Assembly: GCA_039000165.1 (NCBI GenBank) | Contig: JAWBTW010000002.1 | Span: 1-64,000, forward strand | DNA length: 64,000 nt | Source of the DNA: Candidatus Aenigmatarchaeota archaeon | Lineage (GTDB): Archaea; Aenigmatarchaeota; Aenigmatarchaeia; CG10238-14; SCSR01 | Reading direction: 5' to 3' | Part shown: positions 9,088 to 19,217 of the stretch, piece after piece | How the letters are laid out: each line of letters begins with the position of its first letter | Numbering within the stretch: the first letter of the stretch is position 1 | Notes under the pieces: model-generated | What the model was told of the DNA's origin: nothing | Seen by the model: the letters and a program-made list of their open reading frames with translations, nothing else | Databases searched by the model: none | Made by a program: the position numbers and the translations under genes

Positions 9088-9449
9088 TAAAATTGAACAA
9101 AAACTTGAAAGATCTAGAAAAAACTCTTTATGTTTTTTCTAGGATAAAGGAAATTTTGCCCCAAGTAATAAAAGAATTTGAAGAAGATAAGACAAACTAT
9201 AACCTAACAGAAGATTTCAAGAAAAACTTTGACTTTTCTTTAGATGGCTTTATTGATTTTTTCTTCCCGAATAGCGAAGTTAGCAATTATCTGAAAGCTA
9301 TGAAAAATGTAGAATGGCCTATTGCCATAAAATTCCTTTCACAATTTCTTGAAGGCTATCTAGAAGCTAAGTACAGCAAAGAAAAAACTGTAGAAGAAGT
9401 TGTTAAGGACTTTATTGTTAGAAAATTTTTTGATTACATAAAGGGATAA
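9084..9449 (+). CDS. Hypothetical protein
   Basis: GTGA overlap with the upstream gene. Confidence 0.6.
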   Translation: MIKLNKNLKDLEKTLYVFSRIKEILPQVIKEFEEDKTNYNLTEDFKKNFDFSLDGFIDFFFPNSEVSNYLKAMKNVEWPIAIKFLSQFLEGYLEAKYSKEKTVEEVVKDFIVRKFFDYIKG

Positions 9450-9451
9450 AG

Positions 9452-9844
9452 TTGAATTTCTTTAAAGAGCTAAGTTACGAAGAAGAATTAATTAAGTTAA
9501 GATTAACCGATAACCTAATCAAATACTATCAAGAAAACCCAGAAAAAAGAGAAGAAGTAGTTAACAAACTTAAATCGCTTAGGAATAAAATAGTGAGCGA
9601 TGACGAGATTAGAAGCTTCTACAAAGAAAACTTTCTAGCATGGATAGAAAAAAATATTAAACGCTTAGAAAACGATAAAAACTTAAGCCTTTTAGAGTTT
9701 GGCATTCCGTTCTTCACTTTTCTCCTCGGTTTTGAAACAAGAGATAAGCTTGGGAATTTTCTCGAGAAGTATAACAGAGAAATTGCTGCAGATGTTGCTC
9801 AAACTATAAAGGAAGAATTAGGTAGAAAGTATGGACAAAGGTGA
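9452..9844 (+). CDS. Hypothetical protein
   Basis: Operonic spacing, coding-like composition. Confidence 0.6.
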   Translation: MNFFKELSYEEELIKLRLTDNLIKYYQENPEKREEVVNKLKSLRNKIVSDDEIRSFYKENFLAWIEKNIKRLENDKNLSLLEFGIPFFTFLLGFETRDKLGNFLEKYNREIAADVAQTIKEELGRKYGQR

Positions 9845-10295
9845 AAAGTTCGAAATCTTAATCGAAAAACTCTACAGAAAAATGGGCTATAAAGTTGAGA
9901 GAAGAAAAGTTTTAAGAGGAATGAGCGGAGCTTATCATGAAATTGACTTATACGCTTACAAAAATTTTTTGAGCAAAAAAATAGCAATAGAGTGCAAATG
10001 GAGAGAAAACTTAGAAGTTGGTAAAAAAGAACTTGCGAACTTTTTCTTAGTTTTACAAGACACAAAAATTAAAGAAGGGCATATGGTAACAAACTCTTTC
10101 TACTCTAAACAAGCAAAAGTTTTGGCAAAAAGTTATGGGATAAAACTTATTGATGGGGGAATGCTGAAAAAACTCTTGAAGAAATATTCGCTAGATGCTG
10201 AGCTTCCCTTACAAGACTTTTCCTTCACAAAAATTTTAGAGAGTTTAATTTTTCCTGCGATTGATTTTCTTAACTACAACGGAATAATCTACTAA
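9831..10295 (+). CDS. Mrr-like PD-(D/E)xK restriction endonuclease domain protein
   Basis: G.KFE, G.SG..HEID, IAIECK, IKLIDG. Confidence 0.85.
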   Translation: MDKGEKFEILIEKLYRKMGYKVERRKVLRGMSGAYHEIDLYAYKNFLSKKIAIECKWRENLEVGKKELANFFLVLQDTKIKEGHMVTNSFYSKQAKVLAKSYGIKLIDGGMLKKLLKKYSLDAELPLQDFSFTKILESLIFPAIDFLNYNGIIY

Positions 10296-10726
10296 GCAAT
10301 ACTTTTGAAAGACTCTTCTAAACTTTCTATCTTTTTCTTTATAACATTCATTTGTTTTTGGACTTCTGACTTTCTCTGAAGCAAAGCTGCTTTTTTCTCT
10401 TCTAACGTTTTAATCGACTGTTCTACTTTTGCTTTTTCGTTTCTTAATTTTTTTAGCTCTTCTAGCGTTTGATTCAAGTTTTTAAGTATGTCAGAAGAAA
10501 GTTCTTTTTCCAATTTTTTCCCTGTTTCTTTCAGAACTTTTATTTGCTTTTTTATTTCCTTAACAAAAGTTTCCATACCTTTTATTTTTTCTACTTTTGG
10601 TTTAGCCACTTTCTTCTTCTCTTTTTTCTTCTCTGTTTTTTTAACTTCTGCTTTCTTTTCTTCTTTAACCTCTATTTTTTCTTCTTTCTCCTCCTTTTTT
10701 AAGGAAGGAGCTGGAATTTCAAACAT
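10292..10726 (-). CDS. Lys/Glu-rich coiled-coil protein
   Basis: GGAGGTGA SD upstream; heptad-rich; overlaps the upstream gene. Confidence 0.7.
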   Translation of the reverse strand: MFEIPAPSLKKEEKEEKIEVKEEKKAEVKKTEKKKEKKKVAKPKVEKIKGMETFVKEIKKQIKVLKETGKKLEKELSSDILKNLNQTLEELKKLRNEKAKVEQSIKTLEEKKAALLQRKSEVQKQMNVIKKKIESLEESFKSIA

Positions 10727-12173
10727 TTTTCACCTCCTTAATCTCCAGATACTTTCTTCCATCCTCTTCTTTAACTACAGCTTCAACCCAATAAGTGCCT
10801 CTATCAATTAGTTTATCATAAGTTCCGTAAATTATTGCACTATCATCTTCTAACTTGTAAATATGAGGAATTCCGATAGCATGAAGTGCAACGCTAGCTT
10901 TTACTCTTACTATATCTCCAACGTTAAACTTCTTAACTATATCTTCTATTTTCTTTACTTTTATTTTCTTTGGAACAGCCAACTTAAGAACTTCAGGCTT
11001 AACTTCCACTTTTGGAACTTCAAGCCTAACCTCTTCAGGTTTAATTTCAGGTTTGGTTGGCTTTTCTTCTAGCACAACTTTTTCCTTCAAAGCCTCTTCT
11101 GGCCTGACAATTCTCGGTTTTTCCTCTTCCTCTTTTGGTCTTGGTGGTTTTGGCTTTGGAAGTTTTATCGGCTTAAAAACAACTTTTTGCTTAACAAAAA
11201 TTCCTATCAAAGCAATTGCTAGAGCAATTACTACTCCTAAGTAAATGAAAGTGAAATCCAAAGCTCTTTCTACTTCGCAACTTCTTTTTTCAACTATTGG
11301 CAAGCAAACATAACCAGTTTCATTCCCGCAAACGTACCTTATTCTGCTTTGCTCATTATTCACGCAAGCAGTCCAATCAGTATCGGAAGGACAAAGAGGA
11401 CAAGAGGGAATTGGTATAGCCACTTCTTCTTTGTAAGTTCCTATTGAAAATAAACTTAAACCCCAACATTGTGAATAGTAATAATAGTAATCAGAATCTT
11501 CGTGAATTAGCATTGTAAAAAGTTTTTCCCAACTTTTTTCCTTGAATTTAAACATAGAAATAATAGAAGCGTTATTTATTCCTTTTTCTCTGAACCAACT
11601 CTTTTCAACCTTGAACTTAAACTTTAGCCTGAAAATATCTTGAGAACTTGAAATAATTTGAATGTAAGTGTAATCGTTTTCGGAAGAAGAGTTAACGTAA
11701 GCTGGTTTTTCAAAAAGTCTTTCTATAGTAAGGTTAAGCTCGTTCAAGTTTGTTTTTGTTTCGACTATTAGAGCAATTATGCTTAGACTTTTTTCAGAAG
11801 GAATTTCAACATAAACTGGAATAAAAGAGGAGAGATTTTTAAGGACTAAGGAAAAATTGTAAGGCGAAATTGAAATGTTGGGAGGAATATAAATTGTTGG
11901 TCCTCCGCCTCCTGGTGGACCTGGGCAAATACCACAGTCTTGTGGACAATTGCTACAAGTTTCTCCATTTTCACAAACCTCATTGCCACACACATTTGGT
12001 TCGAAAACTTTAACGTTTATAGGTGTTTGACCTGAATGAAAAAGTTGAGCGTAAACTGAAGATGGTACTGTAAGAAATAGTATCAAGAAAAACAAAATGG
12101 TTTTTTTCATAATTATATTTTCTCCTTTGAGGTTAAAATAATTAAAAAACCAAAACGCATATAAGCTACTCAT
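10719..12173 (-). CDS. Cell-surface protein with Cys-rich repeat, PGF-pre-PGF-like domain, TM and C-terminal OB-fold-like domain
   Basis: Signal peptide at MKKTILFF (probable true start), CGNEVCENGETCSNCPQDC, FKVEKSW...GLSLFSIG, TM, Pro/Lys linker. Confidence 0.7.
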   Translation of the reverse strand: MSSLYAFWFFNYFNLKGENIIMKKTILFFLILFLTVPSSVYAQLFHSGQTPINVKVFEPNVCGNEVCENGETCSNCPQDCGICPGPPGGGGPTIYIPPNISISPYNFSLVLKNLSSFIPVYVEIPSEKSLSIIALIVETKTNLNELNLTIERLFEKPAYVNSSSENDYTYIQIISSSQDIFRLKFKFKVEKSWFREKGINNASIISMFKFKEKSWEKLFTMLIHEDSDYYYYYSQCWGLSLFSIGTYKEEVAIPIPSCPLCPSDTDWTACVNNEQSRIRYVCGNETGYVCLPIVEKRSCEVERALDFTFIYLGVVIALAIALIGIFVKQKVVFKPIKLPKPKPPRPKEEEEKPRIVRPEEALKEKVVLEEKPTKPEIKPEEVRLEVPKVEVKPEVLKLAVPKKIKVKKIEDIVKKFNVGDIVRVKASVALHAIGIPHIYKLEDDSAIIYGTYDKLIDRGTYWVEAVVKEEDGRKYLEIKEVKNV

Positions 12174-12187
12174 TCGAATTATAAAAA

Positions 12188-12778
12188 GTGAGAGATGTTA
12201 AAAAGTCTATTTTTTTACTATTAACTTTCTTTTCTTTAATAAGTTATCCAGCAAAAGCAGGGCTAATGGTTGTTAAAGGAAGTTTACAACTTAAACCCTT
12301 AGATTCCATAGAAGTTTGTGATGCTGCTTGCGTGTTCTCAACCTATTCTTCTCCAATAAGTTGTAGAGTAGAAGGAAGTAAAGAAATAAATAAATTTTTA
12401 GAACCTTTAGAGTCTTTTCAGTTAACCGAAAATATTCTGGATTGTCCTTCGGAGCCTGAAGCAAGAAGGGAATGTATAGCTTCAAATTGCTCTTTAACTT
12501 CAAACAAAGCAAGGCTTGTTTGCTTAAAGTTTAAGGGTCCTCTTGAGTTCACTTTCAAGCCTAGCTTTGAACTTTACCCAGAAAAAATAGAATACAGAGG
12601 GGCTATAAAAGCAGTTTGTCAGGCTGGAGCTGCCACAACAGTAGAGCCTTTAGATTTTTGGGTTAATTTCTATCCATTAAATTTATTCCCACTACTTTTA
12701 GGAATATGTACAATTGTTTTAGTGTTAATTCTACTATTCTTTTTAGTAAAAAAAGGTAAAGTAAAAATTGTTCCTTAA
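12188..12778 (+). CDS. Secreted Cys-containing protein with C-terminal membrane anchor
   Basis: Signal peptide, several Cys, C-terminal TM plus basic tail. Confidence 0.65.
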   Translation: MRDVKKSIFLLLTFFSLISYPAKAGLMVVKGSLQLKPLDSIEVCDAACVFSTYSSPISCRVEGSKEINKFLEPLESFQLTENILDCPSEPEARRECIASNCSLTSNKARLVCLKFKGPLEFTFKPSFELYPEKIEYRGAIKAVCQAGAATTVEPLDFWVNFYPLNLFPLLLGICTIVLVLILLFFLVKKGKVKIVP

Positions 12779-12784
12779 GTTATC

Positions 12785-13360
12785 TTACTCACAAATAGCG
12801 TTTCCTGCTGTTGCGTTGACACAGTACCAATATGTAGTCTCGTAAGTTCCGCTTGGAATTCCTGCAGGCACATCTAACCAAAACGCTAAGTAACAAGCAT
12901 CGTTTTGGTTAAGTCCATGACAAGGTGTAGAAGCTCCACCGATAGGCTCATAGGTAGTTGTTAATGGATAGTTCCCATCTGTGTTGTAAAGATTTTCTCC
13001 GCTTTGAGTGGTATTTGCTTCGTGTGTCAGATTGCCCAAACCTATCTTGTAGGTATTAAAGGATAAATCTCCGGTAGCTTTATGCCACAGGTTCACAGGA
13101 CTTGTAGCGGCAGTAATAGTGATAGAATAATTTGTTGGTGTTCCAGAATTACCAATAGCTTTATTGTTGTTTGTGCCAGGAGAAACTTGACCGAACCTTA
13201 TTCCGCCTCCAAGCTCGGGAGATAAGGTTATCGAAATGATTTGGCCTACTGTTGCATTTATTTTTACACTACTTGAATATACGTCGGATTTTACTGCATA
13301 AGCTAGTACCAGAAATACAATTGCTGGAATAATATATCTAAGTTTTATTTCTACTACCAT
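12785..13360 (-). CDS. Secreted beta-rich protein, putative donor-strand-type pilin
   Basis: Signal peptide; SSVKINATV..ISITL...IRFG.V.PG and VPAGIPSGTYETT pattern; paralog of 13405-14265. Confidence 0.55.
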   Translation of the reverse strand: MVVEIKLRYIIPAIVFLVLAYAVKSDVYSSSVKINATVGQIISITLSPELGGGIRFGQVSPGTNNNKAIGNSGTPTNYSITITAATSPVNLWHKATGDLSFNTYKIGLGNLTHEANTTQSGENLYNTDGNYPLTTTYEPIGGASTPCHGLNQNDACYLAFWLDVPAGIPSGTYETTYWYCVNATAGNAICE

Positions 13361-13404
13361 GAATAAAATTTGGTTTTTTTATCTTATAAGGATTATCACT
13401 AATG

Positions 13405-14265
13405 TTAACAATCACCACAAATGGAAGAACCTCCTCCTTCATAGACAGCACAAAAACAATACCTTCTTTCAAAGTATTGGGAAGAAGTACCTTGTTCTAC
13501 ATCTATAAAATACCTCACCCAGCAACTATTTCCTGGAAATATTGCACTACAATTTACCGAAGAATTACCCATAATTTTCCATTCACTTGATAAAGTAGTG
13601 TTGGAAGAAAACCCTTCAAGCTCGCTTGTTCTACTTGAAGATTCATTTATGTATATACTTGAATGAGTTTCGTTTATTCTGTGGTAAAAATCAGCGTTTA
13701 TGTTTGAGGAAGTACCAAGTGTTAGGTTATACTGCGTTCCGCCATTAGGCAAACCTGAGTTGTTCAAAGCAGGTTTACCCACAGTTCCAGGATTAACCAA
13801 ACCAAAGGATATGCCTTCTATCAAAGCTTGGGAAATTGTTAGCTCAATATACTTGCTAACATTAAAAGTTGTTGAATTGGTAGCAATATTTCCAGAAGTA
13901 TCGTTTGCTGTAACATTAATAACCCAGATTCCAGCAGGCTCCCCTCCAGCTAGAGTATAATTTTTCTCCCAAACAGAACAATTTTCACCACAAGATATAA
14001 GAGTATTAAACATAAGTTCATTTGTTAAAACCAGTGTTCCATTACTAGCGGTTAGGTTTAACCAAACGTATTGAACATCATTTTCTGTATCACTAACATT
14101 TACTCTTATTATAACTTTTTCATTTATTTTGAAGACTGAAATCTCTACCAAAGATTCGTTAAACGTTAGTGGGATTTCAACAAAAGGAATAGCGTTTATG
14201 CTTACAAAAAAAATAAATGAAAAGAATAAGACGAAAAATAAAAGCTTTTCTTTCATACCACTCAA
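13405..14265 (-). CDS. Secreted two-domain glycoprotein (Ig-like plus pilin-like domain)
   Basis: Signal peptide, many NxS/T sequons; C-terminal domain shares IELTIS..L..GISFG.V.PGT and Cys spacing with its neighbour. Confidence 0.55.
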   Translation of the reverse strand: MSGMKEKLLFFVLFFSFIFFVSINAIPFVEIPLTFNESLVEISVFKINEKVIIRVNVSDTENDVQYVWLNLTASNGTLVLTNELMFNTLISCGENCSVWEKNYTLAGGEPAGIWVINVTANDTSGNIATNSTTFNVSKYIELTISQALIEGISFGLVNPGTVGKPALNNSGLPNGGTQYNLTLGTSSNINADFYHRINETHSSIYINESSSRTSELEGFSSNTTLSSEWKIMGNSSVNCSAIFPGNSCWVRYFIDVEQGTSSQYFERRYCFCAVYEGGGSSICGDC

Positions 14266-14362
14266 TTTTAATTATTTTTTTGCTCAGAAATATATTTGCG
14301 TTTTAAACTCCAATAAATATATGAGAGTTATTCAGGTTATTTAACTTATAAAGTGAAAAGTA

Positions 14363-16846
14363 ATGACTTGTATAACAAGACTAACTTTACAAGGTTTTAA
14401 AAGTTTCAACAAGAAGATTTCAATTCCTTTTCTTAGGGGTTTCAATATAATTTGTGGCCCAAACGGAAGCGGAAAATCTAACATAGTAGATTCTGTATGC
14501 TTTGTTTTAGGAAGAATTTCGGCTAAAAGTTTAAGAGCAGAAAGGCTTCATGAACTTATTTTTCACGGTGGAAATGGAAAGGCTCCTGCTCAGTACGCTT
14601 CTGTAACTTTATACCTTGACAATTCAAATAAAGAATTTCCTTTTGATGAGCCAGAAATTTCTATAACAAGAAAAGTTAACAGAAAAGGAGTTTCCGTTTA
14701 CAAGCTTCAGGGAAGAACTACAACAAGAGAAAAAATTCTAGAAATTCTTTCAGCAGCAAGAATTAGACCAGATGGACATAATATAATACTGCAAGGTGAT
14801 GTAACAAATATAATAGAAATGAGCCCAATAGAAAGAAGATTTATAATAGACGAAATTTCTGGCATAGCCGAATATAACGATAAAAAAGAAAAAGCTCAAA
14901 GAGAATTGGAAGCTGTAGATCAAAAGCTCAAGGAAGCAGAAATAATAATAACAGAAAGATATGAGATTTTTAAAAAGCTAGAAGAAGAAAGAAATACTGC
15001 CATAAAATATCAAACTTTACAAAAACAGCTACAAACTCTCAAAGCTTCCTTAATTTTTAGAAAAATAAAGAATTTTGAAGAAATGATAAAAACTTTAGAT
15101 CAAGAAATAGCAAAAGGGGAAGAAGAAAATAGAAAAGTTCAGGAAGAACTTGAAAGAATAGAGGAAGAGCTTGAGAAAAAAGAAAGAAGTATAAGAGAGC
15201 TTGCTGACAAGCTAATTCAGTTATCAAAAAAGGTTGAAATAGAAAAAGAAATTTCTTACCTGAGAACGAAAATTCTTTTCAACAAGGATAAGCTTGACTC
15301 AAACTTGAAAGAAATCGAAAGGTTGGATAGATTAATAGAGAAGCTACAGGCTTTTGAGGTTAGAGAAGAAGAAATACCCGCAAGTATAAAAGCAATTTTA
15401 AGTCTTAACTTGAAGGGAGTGCTCGGAACCTTGAGAAACTTAATAAAAACTTCTCAAGAATATCAGCTTGCTGTAGAAATTGCAGCAGGCCATCATCTTA
15501 ACGATATAATAGTAGAAAATGACGAGATAGCAAGTTTTTGTATAGACTACCTTAAAAGGGAAAAAATAGGAAGAGCGACTTTTATTCCTTTGAATAAAAT
15601 AAAACCGAAAAAGCTTGATGAAAAATCTTTTAAAATAAAAGGAGTTTTGGGAAGCGTTTCAAAAGTTGTTAAATGCGATCAAAAAATTTTACCTGCGATA
15701 GAATTTGTTTTTGGAGATACCCTTCTAGTTGAAAATTTAGAAGTTGCGAAAGCTGTGGGAATAGGAAAAGTTAGAATGGTAACTCTAGACGGTGATTTGA
15801 TAGAAAGAAGTGGAGCGATGACAGGAGGTTATTTGATAAGAAAACATCCTAGAATAGCTGTAGAAACTGCTAAGGAAGAGGTTGAAGAATATATCAAACT
15901 TAAAAAAAAGTTGGAAGAAGAAAATGAAACCTTAAAAAAAGAAATAAAAGAACTGGAAGAAAAATTGAAAAACTATTCTCAAGCGGAGGAAACCAAAGAA
16001 ATAATCAATTTAGAAAAAATTAAAATAGATTCCGAGTTTGAGCTCGACAAGCTTAGAAACGAAAGAAAAAGAGCTTATGAAAAAAGACTTAATATCCAAA
16101 CAAAGCTAAACAAACTAAAAATTCAAAAAGCAAAGGTTGAAGCTGAGCTTGAAACTCTAAAAGTAGAAGCTTTACAATATGGTGATATCAAACCTATAGA
16201 AAAGGGAATAAAAGCTTTAGAGGAAGCTATAGAACAAACCATAAGGGAACTTAACTCTTTGGGCGCAGTAAACTTTAAAGCCATAGAACAATACGAGAAA
16301 TTTAAAGCTGAGTTCGACGAATATAAGAGAAAGTACGAGAAGATACTTGAAGAGAAAAAAGCTGTTTTGGATATGATTGAAAAGATAGAAGAAAAAAGAA
16401 GAGAAGTTTTTAATAAATGTCTAAAAGAATTGAGCGAGAAGTTTAATCAAATATTTAAGAAAATGACAGGTGGTAGCGCAAGTCTTGAGTTAGAAAATCC
16501 TTTAGACCTAGAGTCAGGACTTATAATTCAAGCAAACCCAGGAGGGAAAACCTTACTGAACATAGACTCGCTTTCAGGAGGGGAAAAGACCCTAACTGCT
16601 TTAGCTTTTATCTTTGCAATTCAAAGCTATAGACCTGCTCCTTTCTACATTTTAGATGAGGTTGATGCTGCTTTGGATAAAGAGAATTCTAAAAAAGTTG
16701 CTGAACTCATAAAATCTCTTTCAAAAGAAGCTCAGTTTATTGTTATAACTCATAACGATGAGACTATTAAATATGGTGATAGGGTTTATGGTGTGACTAT
16801 GGACAAGGGAGAGTCAAAAATATTAGGGTTGGAGATGCCAGGATGA
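14363..16846 (+). CDS. smc: Chromosome segregation protein SMC (short-armed, 827 aa)
   Basis: GFKSF, GPNGSGKSN, hinge GRATFIPL/VTLDGD..GAMTGG, LSGGEK, LDEVDAALD. Confidence 0.95.
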   Translation: MTCITRLTLQGFKSFNKKISIPFLRGFNIICGPNGSGKSNIVDSVCFVLGRISAKSLRAERLHELIFHGGNGKAPAQYASVTLYLDNSNKEFPFDEPEISITRKVNRKGVSVYKLQGRTTTREKILEILSAARIRPDGHNIILQGDVTNIIEMSPIERRFIIDEISGIAEYNDKKEKAQRELEAVDQKLKEAEIIITERYEIFKKLEEERNTAIKYQTLQKQLQTLKASLIFRKIKNFEEMIKTLDQEIAKGEEENRKVQEELERIEEELEKKERSIRELADKLIQLSKKVEIEKEISYLRTKILFNKDKLDSNLKEIERLDRLIEKLQAFEVREEEIPASIKAILSLNLKGVLGTLRNLIKTSQEYQLAVEIAAGHHLNDIIVENDEIASFCIDYLKREKIGRATFIPLNKIKPKKLDEKSFKIKGVLGSVSKVVKCDQKILPAIEFVFGDTLLVENLEVAKAVGIGKVRMVTLDGDLIERSGAMTGGYLIRKHPRIAVETAKEEVEEYIKLKKKLEEENETLKKEIKELEEKLKNYSQAEETKEIINLEKIKIDSEFELDKLRNERKRAYEKRLNIQTKLNKLKIQKAKVEAELETLKVEALQYGDIKPIEKGIKALEEAIEQTIRELNSLGAVNFKAIEQYEKFKAEFDEYKRKYEKILEEKKAVLDMIEKIEEKRREVFNKCLKELSEKFNQIFKKMTGGSASLELENPLDLESGLIIQANPGGKTLLNIDSLSGGEKTLTALAFIFAIQSYRPAPFYILDEVDAALDKENSKKVAELIKSLSKEAQFIVITHNDETIKYGDRVYGVTMDKGESKILGLEMPG

Positions 16847-17529
16847 ATCAAGAAGAAAATATTTTGGAGTTAATTCTTAAGAAAGAAAGTTGGGAAGAAG
16901 TTATTTACCACATAGTGAGCATAGAAAATCTTAATCCTTGGGATATAGATTTGGTTAGACTTGCGGATAGCTTTTTAAGGTATATCCAAAAGATTCAGGA
17001 ACTTGATTTCAGAATTCCTGCGAAAATTGTTTTTGTCGCTGCAGTCCTCTTGAGACTTAAAGCTGATTACTTATCATTATTCGAAGAAGAAGAAAGTGTA
17101 GAAGAGATTGCTAAAGCCGAACCTTTCGTTGACTTAGGGATAGATCCAAATTTAATTCAATTAGGTTTACCTATGAAAAGAATACCAAAGAGACAAGTAA
17201 CGCTAGAAGAACTTATCAATGCTTTAAGGAAGGCTTTAGCGGTAAGGGAAAGAAAGATTGAAAGAAAGATTATGTGGAGAGCTAGAATTCAGGCCCAAAT
17301 AAGCGAAGAAGACATAACAAAAAAGATTAATCATGTAATGAACGAAATCGACGAGCTTATCCAGAAATTAAAAGTTAATAAAATAAAGTTTAGCCAGATA
17401 GTTGAAGATTGGAACAGAGATCAAATAATCGACCATTTTGTTCCCTTGCTTCATTTAGAGCAAAATGAAAAAGTAGTTACTGAGCAAGAAGATTTTTTTA
17501 AGGATATTTTCATAACCAAAAAATCATGA
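16843..17529 (+). CDS. scpA: Kleisin ScpA
   Basis: LNPWDIDL, RQVTLEELI.AL, F..LLHL; overlaps smc. Confidence 0.92.
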   Translation: MNQEENILELILKKESWEEVIYHIVSIENLNPWDIDLVRLADSFLRYIQKIQELDFRIPAKIVFVAAVLLRLKADYLSLFEEEESVEEIAKAEPFVDLGIDPNLIQLGLPMKRIPKRQVTLEELINALRKALAVRERKIERKIMWRARIQAQISEEDITKKINHVMNEIDELIQKLKVNKIKFSQIVEDWNRDQIIDHFVPLLHLEQNEKVVTEQEDFFKDIFITKKS

Positions 17530-17591
17530 GTAAGCTTAAGTTAGTAAGTTAATTTAAGCTTAAAGTTCATTATATAAGTTCAGGTGAGCAA

Positions 17592-17879
17592 ATGAGTTTT
17601 CTTAAAGAATTCATCGATTTTATGAAAAAACAAAACGTAATAGCAGTAGCTTTAGCTTTTGTCTTAGGTATTGCAACAGCCCAACTAGTTCAAGCACTAG
17701 TAACAGACATAATAACTCCAATATACGCTCCGTATCTTGATTTTTTAAACCCAGAATTGGCCATAGAGATAGGAAAATCTAAGTTTTTAATAGGAGATTT
17801 TATAAGACAGCTAGTTAATTGGGTTGTTATTTTGCTAGTAGTTTTCATAATAGGAACAAAAATAGCAAAAACTAAGTAA
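17592..17879 (+). CDS. mscL: MscL-family mechanosensitive channel
   Basis: LKEFIDF...NVIAVALAFVLG...LVTDIITP...GDFI. Confidence 0.85.
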   Translation: MSFLKEFIDFMKKQNVIAVALAFVLGIATAQLVQALVTDIITPIYAPYLDFLNPELAIEIGKSKFLIGDFIRQLVNWVVILLVVFIIGTKIAKTK

Positions 17880-18058
17880 TTTTTTCTTGTTTTTTTAATT
17901 TTTTTGAAAAAAAATCAAATAACTCTACCAGTTTCAAGTTCCGAGAAAAAAGCTTCCTTTTTTTGCTTATTGGATTTACTTTAAATATTAATTAATTATC
18001 CAAAAAAGGAGAAAACAATTATTTTAATTTTATATTAATTGACTCATATAAAAAATCT

Positions 18059-19213
18059 TTAATTTTTAAGAATTAAGGAGATTTGCCTTCCTCTAATTGC
18101 TTGAAACTTTTCTTCTGCCTCTTTATTTAATTTTTTAATCTTTTTTGTCATTTCTTTCACCATTTGCCGGATTTGTTCTGCCGCCTCTTTCATTTGTTTT
18201 TCTCTTTCTTTCTCTATTTCTTTTGTTAACATTTCAGTTTTGTATCTTAATCCATATTCTTTGAGTAATTTTGGGAAACTAGTGTATTCGCTATCTATAT
18301 GAGCTCCACCAACAATAACCATAGATCTAGCTTTAGGATTATTCGCATGAATTTTTGCTATCAAACGAGCCCAATGTTTTTCTCTTTCGTTAAAATAAAT
18401 ATTCCTAAGTTCTTCATTCTCGTAGAATTCTAACTTTTCCTCTAATTCTTTTCTCTTTTTATCAGCTAAACCATAAATCTTCTCTAAATTTTCAGGACTA
18501 ACTTCCCCTACTCCTAAAAGTTTCGAAAGATAAATTCTTCCTACTCTTTCAAATTCATAAATAGGTATAGGTTTGTAAAACAACTCTCTAACTCTTTCAA
18601 GTTGTTTTTCAGCTATGTCTACATAACCTCTATCCAAGTAGTGCTTAGCTTGTATCATTAAGAAAAGAAACTCATTAATTCTTTGGATAATCATTTTTAA
18701 ACTTATAGTTTTTTCAAAAATTTTAACAGCATTCTGTAACGAATAAGGTTCCTCCATAGGCACAATTTTACAGCCAACTTTTCTTGCTAGTTCATAAATT
18801 TTTTTAAACTTCTCACTTATTTCCTTATCTTCTTCGAAACCTTTTTCGTCAATTTCCAAAAAAAGATAATCAGGTTTATTTTTTTCAATTAAGTACAATT
18901 CCTTTTCTATTTCTTTTTGGTACAGTTGTGGTGGACCACTGAAAGACATATCTTGAGCATACTCGTGAACCTCTCCTACAAGTAGGATATCATAAGGCTG
19001 AGAATACTTAAATACCTTTTTAGCTTTTCCAACAATTTTTGAACTTTTTGAAAGAATCCCAACAACAAAAAACAAGAAAAACACAAAAATGCTCAAGATT
19101 AGGTTTTGATTTTGAAAAAAACTATTATGAAGAACAAAAAAACTTGTAAAGCTAGAGAAAAAAACTATAAAAATCAAAAAGAAACATAACAAAACTAGTA
19201 GAACTTTTTTCAT
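18059..19213 (-). CDS. Membrane-anchored protein with TraB/ChaN(EreA)-like motifs
   Basis: Two N-terminal TMs; LLVGEVH, LFLE, RE, VIVGGAH. Confidence 0.55.
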   Translation of the reverse strand: MKKVLLVLLCFFLIFIVFFSSFTSFFVLHNSFFQNQNLILSIFVFFLFFVVGILSKSSKIVGKAKKVFKYSQPYDILLVGEVHEYAQDMSFSGPPQLYQKEIEKELYLIEKNKPDYLFLEIDEKGFEEDKEISEKFKKIYELARKVGCKIVPMEEPYSLQNAVKIFEKTISLKMIIQRINEFLFLMIQAKHYLDRGYVDIAEKQLERVRELFYKPIPIYEFERVGRIYLSKLLGVGEVSPENLEKIYGLADKKRKELEEKLEFYENEELRNIYFNEREKHWARLIAKIHANNPKARSMVIVGGAHIDSEYTSFPKLLKEYGLRYKTEMLTKEIEKEREKQMKEAAEQIRQMVKEMTKKIKKLNKEAEEKFQAIRGRQISLILKN

Positions 19214-19217
19214 TTTT

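Noticed and set aside
10469..10811. Phe-rich ORFs on the plus strand
   Set aside because: Shadows of the Lys/Glu-rich gene on the minus strand
17531..17563. TAAGCTTAA repeated upstream of mscL
   Set aside because: AAGCTT is very frequent throughout this window, so it is not distinguishable from background
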